A stretch of DNA of 64,000 nt, from assembly GCA_001804285.1 (NCBI GenBank), contig MHFR01000042.1, forward strand, positions 14,725 to 78,724. The letters run 5' to 3'. Each line of letters starts with the position of its first letter. Positions within the stretch are counted from its first letter, which is position 1. The DNA is from Candidatus Danuiimicrobium aquiferis. GTDB taxonomy: Bacteria; Omnitrophota; Omnitrophia; Omnitrophales; Danuiimicrobiaceae. This document shows positions 9,001-15,191 of this stretch, in pieces. A model generated the notes under the pieces. The model was not told the DNA's origin. It saw nothing but the letters and a program-made list of their open reading frames with translations, and did not search any database. Made by a program: the position numbers and the translations under genes.

Positions 9001-9112
9001 TTCCGGAGTTTTTCCAGAATTAACACCTGAAATTCTTAATTCGGCTATAGATCTTCTGAATGAGCTTGCTCAGACGGAACTTGTTAGGCAGGCAATTAAT
9101 CGGGCGGCGTAA
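86..9112 (+). CDS. Giant (~3000 aa) multidomain protein with a central 7-blade-type WD40 beta-propeller; interrupted in-frame by repeat modules, MITEs and antisense TA cassettes
   Basis: A single 9027-nt open frame cannot arise by chance at this GC. WD40 repeats (LWD/IWN/VWD motifs with GH..WD spacing) lie around aa 930-1200. Non-repetitive segments look like ordinary globular protein. The start is uncertain: TTG at 86 or ATG at 119. A terminator hairpin plus T-run follows at 9176-9232. Confidence 0.6.
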   Translation: MIDQADSEFSTMDRDQISQQGILSTHEQFKRHFLALLKRHVQEFQVPISEYELRTFVLKCLKAPDSLDKALRVEFNSLLDELGALNYLKMGELAESFQTLAGRYEELIKAADKKWILSETRDRVQIAQKIAEDFAGFAIDPKDEARKVYGQMRRSSIQRKILNRLSPVLAAHQELLQSGLEEIYLKIDLEEKNRLRNQFHASDVHAAVLAYLPEALRPLFNLVIQTIVKRQPEDIFVHQAGFRLEYFFGQINLNARSADLLKDLNLVAYAAWEIFQALPQVVAGARSEARKISDKASVVRHKNLTYALSLKPEFSRAEARNTPMRLDVTFQGTPYRFEMDSWSVGQNPSQYRFRLSQGVQHRGYLIVDYDQQTIGWEGKEQFPRGTLMDPFLKVAYEALKVDENKRSEVRMKDSSEFRGKTKRSTRNFKLETQPRAQVRNNKDSSKQLPIETDESPRETQEAQARAEARGIEQQLVGTFLQMALFHIQDNASLAVIIEGPAPRTFFEDQDQPEAVVNRAIGLLQSIYDQVRRESPDGSGAPFIVRMMEILGRPTELLPMDLAAAKKYFASSGEVAEIKSEKKFDQFEALMPGWLAKHPPFLSQLISELPPMDEIQRKHGAAQIHTENRYAAGPMKLLEWSVLFAGSPLRPIYYYFDSDPESGDIDSVTEVVFDLAAYLKRGKSGAHTLISSEEIGSLFKQLGRSEGATRWVMTASSPGSWQSRISVTPSAQGMMIKIDDNHLEFDPNTPDDEDGNKLINFLRQYGIEEPFFGLPFPKHDAATTEIAQFLADVFKARDALLRKWRIRASFDQSSGRVTYEAEGETVSTDFGYQVPILSDNGVVTGTTKGPVEAEIKDFLMKLGIDFKPYAQGLTIQMTIGNENYDLDVIHHLPITLVKLAEALEAKSKMPFSGHGRTVPALGVLNQAGAVQLVTGSLDKTVRLWDLSTGKESKKFEGFADEVTDVTVSRDGQKVAAASKDGTVRIWNVQSDSEPIVIDTLSGPLTSIDFSFDGQRILTGSKRGALQLWDVLIGRFVDDLPIKARTIFDAQFSPDGQRMASLSHSMEDGLKLSIWDVPQKKIIRTLDHEAYLQTFAFHPNGKWLVTGDQDYQVCLWDIETGSKLRTYQSAVKPFAVVNIQPRILSLAFSPDGKLVAAGKLDGSIEVWDVETGGSRYLFQNLPFNVPTLTFAPDGQSLIYSGYRHNDTFFAPMPRIIDLRRYPQTFVSHRYGRSVSNDVRHFVSGGQDITRSEVREEEVAVGSQQSTDVIARSGSDEAISDLGIASATPGSRLAMTGKSRAEAREGSAQVQKSTRAQENTETYAPIPGAPVLLRSSRSESRADVDPRVSSERHRGSRQRGDKGSRPSSQMTNGNEYQFALPKYFSFPGFSLHGAMDVVDFQQVFGFGGQFSFGLQMEELDKIFESFRKRIFSRVEKFQQFFSRAIAQDAFCAFVLAGNAFFGLPFLRPKISLVWINSRTAFQEDRKPQHLLSFRLGQLLKNDRQNFMSFLRFHVQNLNTALHFIQQELTARLEISGDMVNGTTNYHQPLITNHGQVRAEARNLAAENGTFSAIPIEAGKSTFDVLPEASKRAEARKSVILSSGRNGNTQIDMLNMGERNPAARVEDLQTEHAPVFSDVHDNTVPDFNRFSDLSGLKSYVERIRFFIKFYFHRLTLFLEPISRYQNRLIRFLFVDDFQNVIIETLSRQISSSMSFFGVIGTGYRFFDLALTQIPLQNPFLDMFRVSESHEYQLPLLKNRQHNKPEMTNNQYNYAAKSTRSEARHAEDSTQEVFNQSAQMSSIPSKLFTSRAEARNLEAENGTFSATPIEAGKSTFDVSTETSKRAEARMLKGFNTEQKAIIEKTAHKLIMLFFSDKSVTEQNALEKDLISRIHPATLRRVIFSKTTLMTISWTLCISVLPFVFHLYKLVAVFGFFGLFALGKILDQTLNEETLGFVSKAYPEIFIGTELPGFKFERGVIHEMLHVLAKMKKIKYDSPFASAFGFLAEHTSSDPGKPQLSPYLRRPVGNLGEGMALVEKNLSPQERWGALIAKSLFSDNSENITKQDPRDFFVSLAHWLEPETRESRVLGELLSGMAYALSQKNWFGLEDAWVYLARMAKGEHPFAVEEDLNNKQKERISHSKFRSEARQESAQEHKRTGTQVEMKADAPVPYAPMLLRSRAEARYSRNNPEQSSIETRKSPRETQEAQARAEVRDDKDSLKRSSIGSARESSIRSEGLVSRAEARTISEQKRFSLTLEHVKPLIERIADTAYFRWLARDKDSRTGKNEGFEKVQWRRLIDISDRAWDLESMRREALGQLEKSNMNPEYLEKIKSETKIEIIILEYFEEVLGSLIGKLESPLKLSLKMFLLKAYPRSGEWTDSLLEEGAIEAARKEYYDIINEILKWLDPTSVLERVNSPEDYRIDVLGRPKDGDIPRMVDFRGKLIAREKKAKHRAPFAFRNERFDTMIQIGPQGLEEEEMRFLQSAFDEKPETDSAPTFYAVFFPPFSYLLIRRSVIKQRVVFDVVPGRWEKAVPNPKKMLPFFIKRVIDYYQLLDNRKPPQILLELATIPMHWNERKVLFEESYFEPGDPDFRSAATTYPVHFENVLRKIRSRSEARHLEDSNDVIPAKAGIQLDPHFRGDDTDSRAEVRSQIEKTKPESPMDLVFETLDPQKIAAQIAASKYIEGELGELSAQVTKTGQGKLDSAKVELGAFSKNLITEINKRSEVRQIADFIFSDEIEQMAKDRVNLSFPHAVSGNLWIPAFAGMTDVLINRARLVVFNSVIGENIAMADEALPALSEISSEAAFLLAHPDILNEAYRIKFGKRTDNATIRADHEWIIGMEFLPQASDPRRMAAEQFLRNLVQAKDRVALTYQKNSPYADMASELSQSIPQLSLVGHRSDLDQKRFERVFGISYPFVIVSDSVPFKTSTWRKNGVRINPYMALRLKLEFSQFIRLTQFAVEAGLLRKQIEEISGVFPELTPEILNSAIDLLNELAQTELVRQAINRAA
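937..1047 (+). repeat. Repeat cluster 1 inside giant ORF: 2 copies of degenerate direct repeat (core CCGAAGCGCG) flanking a ~80-nt palindromic module
   Basis: The two repeat copies are 'cgttccgaagcgcgc' and 'gagagccgaagcgcgc'. The spacer holds a perfect 11-bp hairpin, taaggcataag/cttatgcctta. The translation is in frame: ARSEAR...SRAEAR. Confidence 0.6.
1300..1497 (+). repeat. Repeat cluster 2: 3 degenerate repeats and 2 modules (~73 and ~77 nt); second module is a near-identical copy of one at 6655-6715
   Basis: Repeat copies are 'cgatcggaagtgcgg', 'cccaagttcgt' and 'gggccgaagcgcgg'. Module 1 holds a 10-bp hairpin, gttccgagtt/aactcggaac. The module 'caatcgaaacg..agtcctcgcgagacacaagaggctcaagcgagggccgaag' recurs about 95% identical at 6655. 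Confidence 0.6.
3828..4100 (+). repeat. Repeat cluster 3: 3 degenerate repeats (ccgaagttcgtg / gggccgaagcgcgg / tctgaatcgcgg) with ~130 and ~100-nt modules, immediately upstream of antisense TA cassette 1
   Basis: In-frame translations are RSEVR, RAEAR and RSESR. The module peptide 'YAPIPGAPVLLRSSRSESR' resembles 'PVPYAPMLLRSRAEAR' at 6570-6625. Confidence 0.5.
4113..4373 (-). CDS. Type II toxin, RelE/ParE family
   Basis: 86 aa. The C-terminal region reads 'NPRHPSLHVKKIQGTKNIWEARIDIHYRLSFDWMDDSLYLRVVGNHDDV', typical of RelE/ParE. The start overlaps the stop of the upstream antitoxin by ATGA. It lies antisense and fully inside the giant ORF. Confidence 0.7.
   Translation of the reverse strand: MKIYAYESFQKFYQVLPSAIQKKTDRQIQILAENPRHPSLHVKKIQGTKNIWEARIDIHYRLSFDWMDDSLYLRVVGNHDDVLKKP
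4370..4651 (-). CDS. Antitoxin, DUF2281-like, partner of RelE/ParE toxin
   Basis: 93 aa, immediately upstream of and overlapping the toxin gene. The motif 'EAQEVLRFAIFLKSR' resembles DUF2281 antitoxins. Confidence 0.5.
   Translation of the reverse strand: MNKMECCVKILHMETKKTHKILPIIFKQLSEAEAQEVLRFAIFLKSRSAINPDQAYFWTKEWQAKESVASQNKRAKRILGNGTAKELLKLLHS
4740..4866 (+). repeat. Repeat cluster 4 between the two TA cassettes: 'gagggccgaagcccgcaacc' + ~90-nt module + 'cgtgccgaagcccgg'
   Basis: The module 'gaaaatgggacattttctgcaataccaatcgaggcgggcaagagtacttttgatgtttt' recurs about 95% identical at 5533-5590. The motif gggccgaagccc can form a GGGC-CGAA-GCCC hairpin. Confidence 0.6.
4874..5089 (-). CDS. 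DUF2283-family protein (putative antitoxin of DUF4258/DUF2283 pair)
   Basis: 71 aa. 'MKIEFDKEADALYIRF...GKDGRVFGLEILDAS' matches the DUF2283 signature. It follows the DUF4258 gene with a 3-nt gap. Confidence 0.7.
   Translation of the reverse strand: MKIEFDKEADALYIRFQPGKVGKSIKVRDGIIMDIGKDGRVFGLEILDASRRIPLTHIQHINLSIPVSTRT
5093..5320 (-). CDS. DUF4258-family protein (putative toxin of DUF4258/DUF2283 pair)
   Basis: 75 aa. 'MTFRYTKHIKKRILQRDLSQRQIEETV...VLITAYWLEE' matches DUF4258. It lies antisense and fully inside the giant ORF. Confidence 0.7.
   Translation of the reverse strand: MTFRYTKHIKKRILQRDLSQRQIEETVTCPDNAKEAHRGRYLARKRFYDNILEVVYKKEADQTVLITAYWLEEKG
5400..5620 (+). repeat. Repeat cluster 5: 'gctccgaagcgcgcc' / 'gagggccgaagcccgcaacc' / 'cgtgccgaagcgcgg' with ~80 and ~85-nt modules (duplicate of module at 4760-4845)
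   Basis: Directly read from sequence. In-frame translations are RSEAR, RAEAR and RAEAR. Confidence 0.6.
6500..6815 (+). repeat. Repeat cluster 6: 5 degenerate repeats with ~95, ~75, ~60 and ~15-nt modules (includes copy of ESPRETQEAQA module)
   Basis: Repeat copies are 'gctccgaagcgcgcc', 'agggccgaagcgcg', 'gagggccgaagtgcgcg', 'cgttccgaaggg' and 'gagggccgaagcccgg'. Confidence 0.6.
7915..8035 (+). repeat. Repeat cluster 7: 'cgttccgaagcgcgcc' ... 'cgtgccgaagtacgt' flanking an in-frame copy of MITE family A
   Basis: The in-frame translation is 'RSEARHLEDSNDVIPAKAGIQLDPHFRGDDTDSRAEVR'. Confidence 0.6.
7951..8005 (+). repeat. MITE family A copy (double hairpin gtcattcccgc-gaag-gcgggaatcc / ggatcccc-actttc-gtggggatgac) inserted in-frame in giant ORF
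   Basis: The same element occurs in intergenic regions at 11529, 17724, 25221, 31967 and 39010. It has outer gtcat..atgac inverted ends. Confidence 0.8.
8326..8382 (+). repeat. MITE family A copy inserted in-frame in giant ORF (translates SFPHAVSGNLWIPAFAGMTDV)
   Basis: The sequence is 'gtcattcccgcatgctgtaagcgggaatctatggatccccgctttcgcggggatgac', almost identical to the intergenic copy at 31967-32030. Confidence 0.8.
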
Positions 9113-9175
9113 AACATGGAAATTCATAAAAAACAGTAGGCAGTTGCCAGTCGGCAGTAAGCAATTAGCACTAAG

Positions 9176-9232
9176 AAAAAAGGGGACACACAGCTCGACC
9201 AATTCGAACAAGCTGTATGTCCCCTTTTTTTA
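9176..9232 (+). terminator. Rho-independent terminator after giant ORF
   Basis: The stem is ggggacacacagc / gctgtatgtcccc, followed by a run of 7 T. It is nested in a larger imperfect palindrome spanning 9140-9280. Confidence 0.7.
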
Positions 9233-9436
9233 CTTTTTGCTATCCTGTATGTGCAGACTGCTGCCTGCCGACTGCTTACTCTTTTCCCCAACTTACTTAT
9301 TGACTAAATTTATCTGCATATTATAATCATACCACTTTTTAAAGACTTTTTATTCCACTACAAAGTACCAGTTTTTTAATGTTTCAAAAGCTTAAAAAGT
9401 TCTATTTATAAGCTACTTAAAAAGAGAAGGCTTACT

Positions 9437-11413
9437 TTGTTTTTGTTGTTAAGATTCCTCACCCTAACATTGTTCTTTCTCAATGTTTTTGGCTGCCGCG
9501 AGAAATCGTCACCGTCCGTTTTAGACAGCATTCCTCAGGGGAAAAGTTTACTTTCCATGTCGAATTTTGAAGTGATTGATCATTTCAATGTTGAGAATGG
9601 GAAAAATCAATTCAAACAAACCTGGAAAATTAACATTCCAACCGGTGCGGAAATTAAATTAAGCCGGGATCCCGAGGATGCGATTTATCACGGAGGTTCG
9701 CTTGGCGTAGAATATTCTATTCCCCCGAACCAGACTGCGGGCATATCCACGACGTTTAAAACACTTGATTTAAGCCGGGCCGAAACGGTGTTAATGTTAG
9801 TCCGTTCAGAGGACTTGAAAAATTATAGCGGCCGGCTGCAGCTGGTTCTTCGGGATCAGCGGGATAACAGGCAAGAAATCGATATTAAAAAATATGTCGA
9901 AGAAACCCGCGGCAACTGGGAAAAAATATTGATTCCGAAAAAAGATTTTGGGAAAATCAATTTCGACCAAATCGGAGAAGTTCAAATTGAATGGCGCGCC
10001 GGAAGTAAACCCGTAGCAGGCAAGATGGCAATTGATGAGATTGCGTTTGCTGGGCCGAAGGAATTGATTTTTGAATCAATGCTCGACAATTTAAAAGGGT
10101 TCCCGAAAGAAGCCATAGCCGAATCTCGGCGAAAAGAATTGATCGGGACAAAAGATGAAAAAGAGTTCCTCGGAAAAATCGCGGCAGATACATGGAAGTA
10201 TTTTGAAAATGTGGTGGACAAGAAAACAGCGCTCCCCGAGGATCATATTCGTACGGGAAGAACGCTTGCGATCGGAAATTACACGGGACCGACCAATATC
10301 GCTCTTTATTGGCTTTCGTGTGTCGGTGCTTATGATCTTTCTCTGATCTCTGAAAAAGTGGCGATCGAGAAAATTAAAACATCGCTCGATACGCTTGCCG
10401 GCATGGAGCATCCGGAATACGGTTTTTATTATAATTTTTATGAAACACACACGCTTCGCGCGACGAAGCGTTATTTATCGACCATTGACAATGCGTGGCT
10501 TGCGGCGGCTCTTGTAGTTCTTCGGCAGGCGTTTCCGCAGGAATTCAGTGCCCGGGCGAATGAGATTTTCAGCCGGATGAATTTTTCGAAATTTTATGAT
10601 GAAGCAAACGGCCAGTTAAGAATCGGATTTGATGAAGACTTAGGGGAACTATCGCCGTATCATTACGGCCTTCTCGCTTCTGAAGCGAGGCTTGCAAGTT
10701 ATATCGGAATCGGAAAAGGGGATTTAAAACAGGAACATTGGGCGAGGATTTACCGGACGTTGCCGAAAGAATGGAACTGGCAGAAACAGGTTCCGCAGGG
10801 AAGCCCGAAGGTTTTATTGAACGTTCCTATATTTCAGGGGTTTTATACATACCGCGATAAGAAATTTGTACCAAGCTGGGGCGGATCGCTCTTTGAATAT
10901 TTAGCGCCGACACTCGTTGTGGATGAGCAAACATACGGTCGCGAAAATTTGGGCAGGAACAATGAAATTGTGACAGATCTACATATCTTATATGCCATCC
11001 GGGATAAGAAATATCCTGTTTGGGGCATTGCTCCGTGCGCGATTCAATACGGGAGAAATTGGCAATATAAAGAATATGGGATTCCGGAATTAGCCGCAAA
11101 AGGATATCCGGACGAAGGAGTGGTTGCGCCGTATGCGAGTTTTCTTGCGCTCGCGACACGGCCCAAAAATGCGGTCGAAAATTTCCGGAACCTGCTTGCC
11201 GAATACGATGAAATCTACGGCGAATTCGGTTTTTACGATTCGGTGGTTGTCGCGAGCGGAAAAGTGGATCAGCAATATTTATTAATTGATCAAGCGATGA
11301 ATTTTATTGCGATGGTAAATTACCTGAAACAAGGATCGATCACGAAGCGGTTTCATTCGGATCCGGTCGGTAAAAAAGCGGAGGTTTTATTGAAAGAAGA
11401 AAAATTTTTTTGA
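9437..11413 (+). CDS. Secreted lipoprotein, putative (alpha/alpha)6-barrel glycoside hydrolase (GH144/DUF3131-like) with N-terminal CBM-like beta-sandwich
   Basis: TTG start follows an RBS 'agaagg'. A signal peptide and lipobox 'LNVFGC' are present. The N-terminal ~170 aa are similar to the adjacent 203-aa CBM-like protein. The family assignment rests on weak motif memory. Confidence 0.45.
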   Translation: MFLLLRFLTLTLFFLNVFGCREKSSPSVLDSIPQGKSLLSMSNFEVIDHFNVENGKNQFKQTWKINIPTGAEIKLSRDPEDAIYHGGSLGVEYSIPPNQTAGISTTFKTLDLSRAETVLMLVRSEDLKNYSGRLQLVLRDQRDNRQEIDIKKYVEETRGNWEKILIPKKDFGKINFDQIGEVQIEWRAGSKPVAGKMAIDEIAFAGPKELIFESMLDNLKGFPKEAIAESRRKELIGTKDEKEFLGKIAADTWKYFENVVDKKTALPEDHIRTGRTLAIGNYTGPTNIALYWLSCVGAYDLSLISEKVAIEKIKTSLDTLAGMEHPEYGFYYNFYETHTLRATKRYLSTIDNAWLAAALVVLRQAFPQEFSARANEIFSRMNFSKFYDEANGQLRIGFDEDLGELSPYHYGLLASEARLASYIGIGKGDLKQEHWARIYRTLPKEWNWQKQVPQGSPKVLLNVPIFQGFYTYRDKKFVPSWGGSLFEYLAPTLVVDEQTYGRENLGRNNEIVTDLHILYAIRDKKYPVWGIAPCAIQYGRNWQYKEYGIPELAAKGYPDEGVVAPYASFLALATRPKNAVENFRNLLAEYDEIYGEFGFYDSVVVASGKVDQQYLLIDQAMNFIAMVNYLKQGSITKRFHSDPVGKKAEVLLKEEKFF

Positions 11414-11528
11414 TTGAAAAAATGCCCCATGAAATAAAGAATATTTTTTGAGAATAAATTCACAAGTAAACCATTAGTAATTGTTTAGTGTTTCGAAGGG
11501 ATTATCTATAAATGGTATGTTCATTTCT

Positions 11529-11595
11529 GTCATTCCCGCGAAAGCGGGAATCCAGACGAATAGCTGGATGCCCGCTAAAAACATGCGGGCATGAC
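11529..11595 (+). repeat. MITE family A copy (intergenic)
   Basis: 'gtcattcccgcgaaagcgggaatccagacgaatagctggatgcccgctaaaaacatgcgggcatgac'. Confidence 0.8.
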
Positions 11596-11678
11596 AACAA
11601 ATGGAAACTGCCGTTGCTTCAAAACGCTAAATAGATACTTATTAATCAGTAAAGAAACGATTTGAAAGGAGCCGGAAG

Positions 11679-12290
11679 ATGAAAAAGTGGATGGTGGTGT
11701 TATTAGTTCTTTCGTTGTGCGTGTTTGGAACAAGTTTCGCGTTCGCTCAAAATGAAACAGCTTCAGCAGGCGGAGTAGGGACGGAGCTTGTCATTGCTGA
11801 TTTTGATACCGGTGATAAACCAAACAATATCGGTGGCGATTTCGGAGCGTGGGACAAGGATCCAAACGACACGACTCAAGGTTGCAAGATGAGTTTTGAA
11901 GAAAATGATGCGTTGGGTGATTCGTTGGGCTATGCGGTGCGCTTCGATTATGATGTAGACTCTTCGAATCCGGCCTATAACGGTTTTTGGATGAAATTAA
12001 ACGGGTTGGATGCGTCAGCTTACAACACGATTAATCTTTATTTCAAAGGCGAGGGGGAATTTACGAAGCGGGTGAAAATCGAAGTGAAAGATTCAACGAA
12101 CAAGCCTTCTTCATATATTCTTTCGGGGATTACGGATCAATGGCAGAAATTTTCAATTCCTTTTGAAAAATTTTCCCAGATCCAAGATTGGAAAGGGTTA
12201 AGTGAAGTGGTGGTTGTGTTTGATGATATTAATACAAATCCGAAAACCGGGTCGATTCTTTTGGACCAGGTAACGGTATCTGCAGAATAA
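11679..12290 (+). CDS. Secreted carbohydrate-binding-module-like protein
   Basis: An RBS 'aaaggag' and a signal peptide 'MKKWMVVLLVLSLCVFGTSFAFAQ' are present. The beta-sandwich-like sequence is paralogous to the N-terminus of the upstream hydrolase. Confidence 0.5.
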   Translation: MKKWMVVLLVLSLCVFGTSFAFAQNETASAGGVGTELVIADFDTGDKPNNIGGDFGAWDKDPNDTTQGCKMSFEENDALGDSLGYAVRFDYDVDSSNPAYNGFWMKLNGLDASAYNTINLYFKGEGEFTKRVKIEVKDSTNKPSSYILSGITDQWQKFSIPFEKFSQIQDWKGLSEVVVVFDDINTNPKTGSILLDQVTVSAE

Positions 12291-12349
12291 TTTAATTTGG
12301 AGGTAACGATCCTTTTCGGACCGTTGCTGATGAAAAAGGAGGGATTTCC

Positions 12350-13564
12350 GTGATCAAGCAAATGTTAAAAGATAGAATTCTGACTGATAAAGAAAGGAAG
12401 AATTTATCGATTTTGGAAGTCATCCGAAAGAACGGTCCGATTTCTCGAACTGATATTTCCAAAATCACAGAATTAAACATCGTCACTGTTTCCAACTATG
12501 TCAACCATTACATCAAGAAAGGCCTTGTCATTGAAGGCGAGCTTGATGAGTCGACCGGCGGGCGGAAGCCTGTGCTGGTTGAGCTGAATCCGAAGGCCGG
12601 TTATATCGTAGGGGTCGGACTCAATATGCTGAATATGGTGGGCGTTCTTGTCGACCTCGAAATCAATGTGATTACCGAAGTAAAACAGGAACGTATTCCG
12701 GAAAACTCTGAAATGGTGATCAATAAAATGGTTGATATGGCAGCCGAGATCATTGAGAAATCCGGAATTGAGAAAGACAAGCTGGTGGGTGTCGGTGTAG
12801 GCATTCCCGGAATTATCGATGAACGTGGGCGCACGATTCGTTGGCCGCAGAGTCTGGGAGAAAAAGACATTTCCGTATGTCTTTCGATCAAAGATTCATT
12901 TGAAAAGCGGCTCAACATTCCGACGTTTGTCGAAAACGATGCAAATGCCGCTGTGTTGGGCGAAAAATGGCTGGGCCTTGACCGCGATGTCAGGCACATG
13001 ATGTATATGTTTTCCGGTGTTGGTGTGGGCATTATCATCAACGGGGAAATTTATCGCGGGGTATCGGGTGCGGCCGGCGAACTCGGAATTTCAAGCTTTA
13101 AAGCCGATAAGAAGGAAATTTTAGACATGACTTATGGGCTTGGCCGATGGGAGATGGATCTTGGCATGACCCGGGAGGCGCAGGAAAAAGTTGCTGCGGG
13201 TCGGGGATCTATGATGAAAGATTTGGCCGGCGGAAATCCGAAGAATATCGGGTTCAGACATCTTGTGCAGGCGGTGAAAGAGAAAGATCCGCTTGCGATT
13301 GAAATTGTTGAGCAGGGTGGTTATGCGCTCGGGAAGAAAATCGCCTTTATGGTCAATTTCCTGAATCCGGAAATTGTTGTGATTGGCGGCGGAATCGAAG
13401 ACTGTGGTGCAACGCTCCTTGACGGGATCAAAAACGCTGTCAAAGAATGGTCCGTTGAAGAAGCGGCGACGCACGTGAAAATTATTCCGTCTGCGTTTGG
13501 TGAAAATGCCGTTGCATTGGGCGTCGTCGGCCTTGTGGCCCGCGAAGTTTTTGCGCAGGCGTAA
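12350..13564 (+). CDS. ROK-family transcriptional regulator / sugar kinase
   Basis: GTG start follows an RBS 'aaggagg'. An N-terminal HTH 'ISRTDISKITELNIVTVSNYV' is followed by a ROK kinase fold with glycine-rich motifs. Confidence 0.7.
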   Translation: MIKQMLKDRILTDKERKNLSILEVIRKNGPISRTDISKITELNIVTVSNYVNHYIKKGLVIEGELDESTGGRKPVLVELNPKAGYIVGVGLNMLNMVGVLVDLEINVITEVKQERIPENSEMVINKMVDMAAEIIEKSGIEKDKLVGVGVGIPGIIDERGRTIRWPQSLGEKDISVCLSIKDSFEKRLNIPTFVENDANAAVLGEKWLGLDRDVRHMMYMFSGVGVGIIINGEIYRGVSGAAGELGISSFKADKKEILDMTYGLGRWEMDLGMTREAQEKVAAGRGSMMKDLAGGNPKNIGFRHLVQAVKEKDPLAIEIVEQGGYALGKKIAFMVNFLNPEIVVIGGGIEDCGATLLDGIKNAVKEWSVEEAATHVKIIPSAFGENAVALGVVGLVAREVFAQA

Positions 13565-13604
13565 AGAAGTTTTAAGCAGCGAGCGCCTTTCGTAAAACAT
13601 TCTG

Positions 13605-13740
13605 GGACTCCTCCCCCTTAATGGGGGAGGAGTCCTAACAAGCTGGCGGATCCGCCAGCCTGTTGGGCGGAGATAAAGGCGGGGGTTAGAATATTAGATT
13701 ACCCCCCATCCCTACCTTCCCCCACAAGGGGGGAAGGGGG
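13605..13740 (+). repeat. Cluster of GC-rich perfect hairpins (ggactcctccccc-ttaat-gggggaggagtcc; gctggcggatccgccagc; ccttcccccc-acaa-ggggggaagg); probable terminator/REP-like elements
   Basis: The inverted repeats were read directly from the sequence. They lie downstream of the ROK gene. Confidence 0.7.
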
Positions 13741-13992
13741 TGCGTGATTCACATTAACAACCCTCAAAACCGTTGTCTTCTTTTTAAATCAATCGTAAAA
13801 AACAAATCATGACAATTCCTAAACTCTGCGATCTTTATACTCGGATTTATTGATTACGGGAGGAAGTGATTATCACGGGGTTGAGACGTTTATTCCTCTC
13901 GGGTGGATGGGAAAAGGAATTTCACTTTCCTATGACGCGGTTAAGAAAATGAAGGATTCATTAAAAAATAGCGAAGAGGAAGTATTGTAACT

Positions 13993-14991
13993 ATGAAAGA
14001 ATTAATTTTGGAATTAAAAGAGCGTGTGAAAACCGGCGGCGAAATTTCTTATGAAGAAGCGCTTATGCTTGCGGAAGTGACGGAAGAAGTCAACATAGAT
14101 CAATTGCGGGAAGCGGCGCATGAGCTAACGATTCATTTTCATCAGAATAAGCCAAGCCTTTGTTCGCTCGTGAATGCAAAAAGTTATTTGTGTGGCGAAG
14201 ATTGCCGGTTTTGTGCGCAATCCGTTCATTATCAGACGTTGACGGAGCGCTATGGACTGATTGGAATTGATGAGATTGCGGAAGCCGGGAAAAAAGCCGA
14301 AGCTGCCGGAACGCGGCATTTTTGTATTGTAACGAGCGGCGCAGCTTTGGAAGAGGATGAATTTGAAAAAGTGACCGAAGCTGTGAAACGGCTCAGGGCG
14401 GAAACGGCGCTCGAAATCGATGCGTCGATTGGGCATTTAAGCCTTGAACGCGTGAAACGCCTAAAAGAGGCGGGACTGCGGCGGGTCAATAATAATGTGC
14501 AGTGTTCGCATGCGTTTTATCCGAAAATTGTATCGACCCATTCATACGAAGACCGTTTGGAGACGTTGCGGAATTTGCGCGAGGGCGGCCTTGAAATTTG
14601 TGCTGGCGGAATTTTAGGAATGGGAGAAAGCCGGGAAGACAGAATTCAAATGGCGTTTGAGCTCAAAGCCTTTCAGCCCGAATGTTTTCCCGTGAATATT
14701 TTAAACCCACGCCCGGGGACACCGCTTGAACGGATGCCGCGGTTAGATCTTCAGGAAATCATTAAAACCATCGCGATTTATCGTTTTATTCTTCCGAAAT
14801 CCGTTATTAAACTTGCCGGAGGCCGCGAATTTAACTTGGGAAAATTTCAGGAAAAAGTTCTTCGGGGCGGCGCCAATGGCCTTGTGATCGGCGGCTATCT
14901 GACGACGTGCGGGAACCCCGTTTCGGAAGACATGAAGATGCTTGAACGGGCAGGGTATGTGTTGGGAAATGGCACAGCGAAGGCAGAGTAG
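13993..14991 (+). CDS. bioB: Biotin synthase
   Basis: The radical-SAM motif 'CGEDCRFCAQS' is present. The sequence is BioB-like throughout. An RBS 'gaggaag' precedes the start. Confidence 0.9.
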   Translation: MKELILELKERVKTGGEISYEEALMLAEVTEEVNIDQLREAAHELTIHFHQNKPSLCSLVNAKSYLCGEDCRFCAQSVHYQTLTERYGLIGIDEIAEAGKKAEAAGTRHFCIVTSGAALEEDEFEKVTEAVKRLRAETALEIDASIGHLSLERVKRLKEAGLRRVNNNVQCSHAFYPKIVSTHSYEDRLETLRNLREGGLEICAGGILGMGESREDRIQMAFELKAFQPECFPVNILNPRPGTPLERMPRLDLQEIIKTIAIYRFILPKSVIKLAGGREFNLGKFQEKVLRGGANGLVIGGYLTTCGNPVSEDMKMLERAGYVLGNGTAKAE

Positions 14992-15029
14992 GGCATAAGT
15001 AGTTGTGTTTAATAGAAGATAGAAATTTT

Positions 15030-15155
15030 AATGACCAAATCCGCCCTCCAAAAGACATGGCGGGCAGGCAATGACGCAAAGAAATCCCAACAGAATAATT
15101 CCCAATTGGGCCTTGAAATTTTGAAACTTCCTTGGCCATTGCGGATTTGGTCATT
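15030..15155 (+). repeat. MITE family C (terminal inverted repeats aatgaccaaatccgc ... gcggatttggtcatt) followed by T-run; acts as bioB terminator
   Basis: The 14-nt termini are perfect inverted repeats. Related copies lie at 20609-20694 and, partially, at 24522. Confidence 0.7.
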
Positions 15156-15191
15156 GGGATTTTTTTTACTAAAAATTGTGACCTAAAACTT

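Noticed and set aside
86-9112. The giant ORF could be a chance or annotation artefact, or a product of an alternative genetic code.
   Set aside because: A 9027-nt stop-free frame is essentially impossible by chance at ~45% GC. All neighbouring housekeeping genes translate normally with the standard code.
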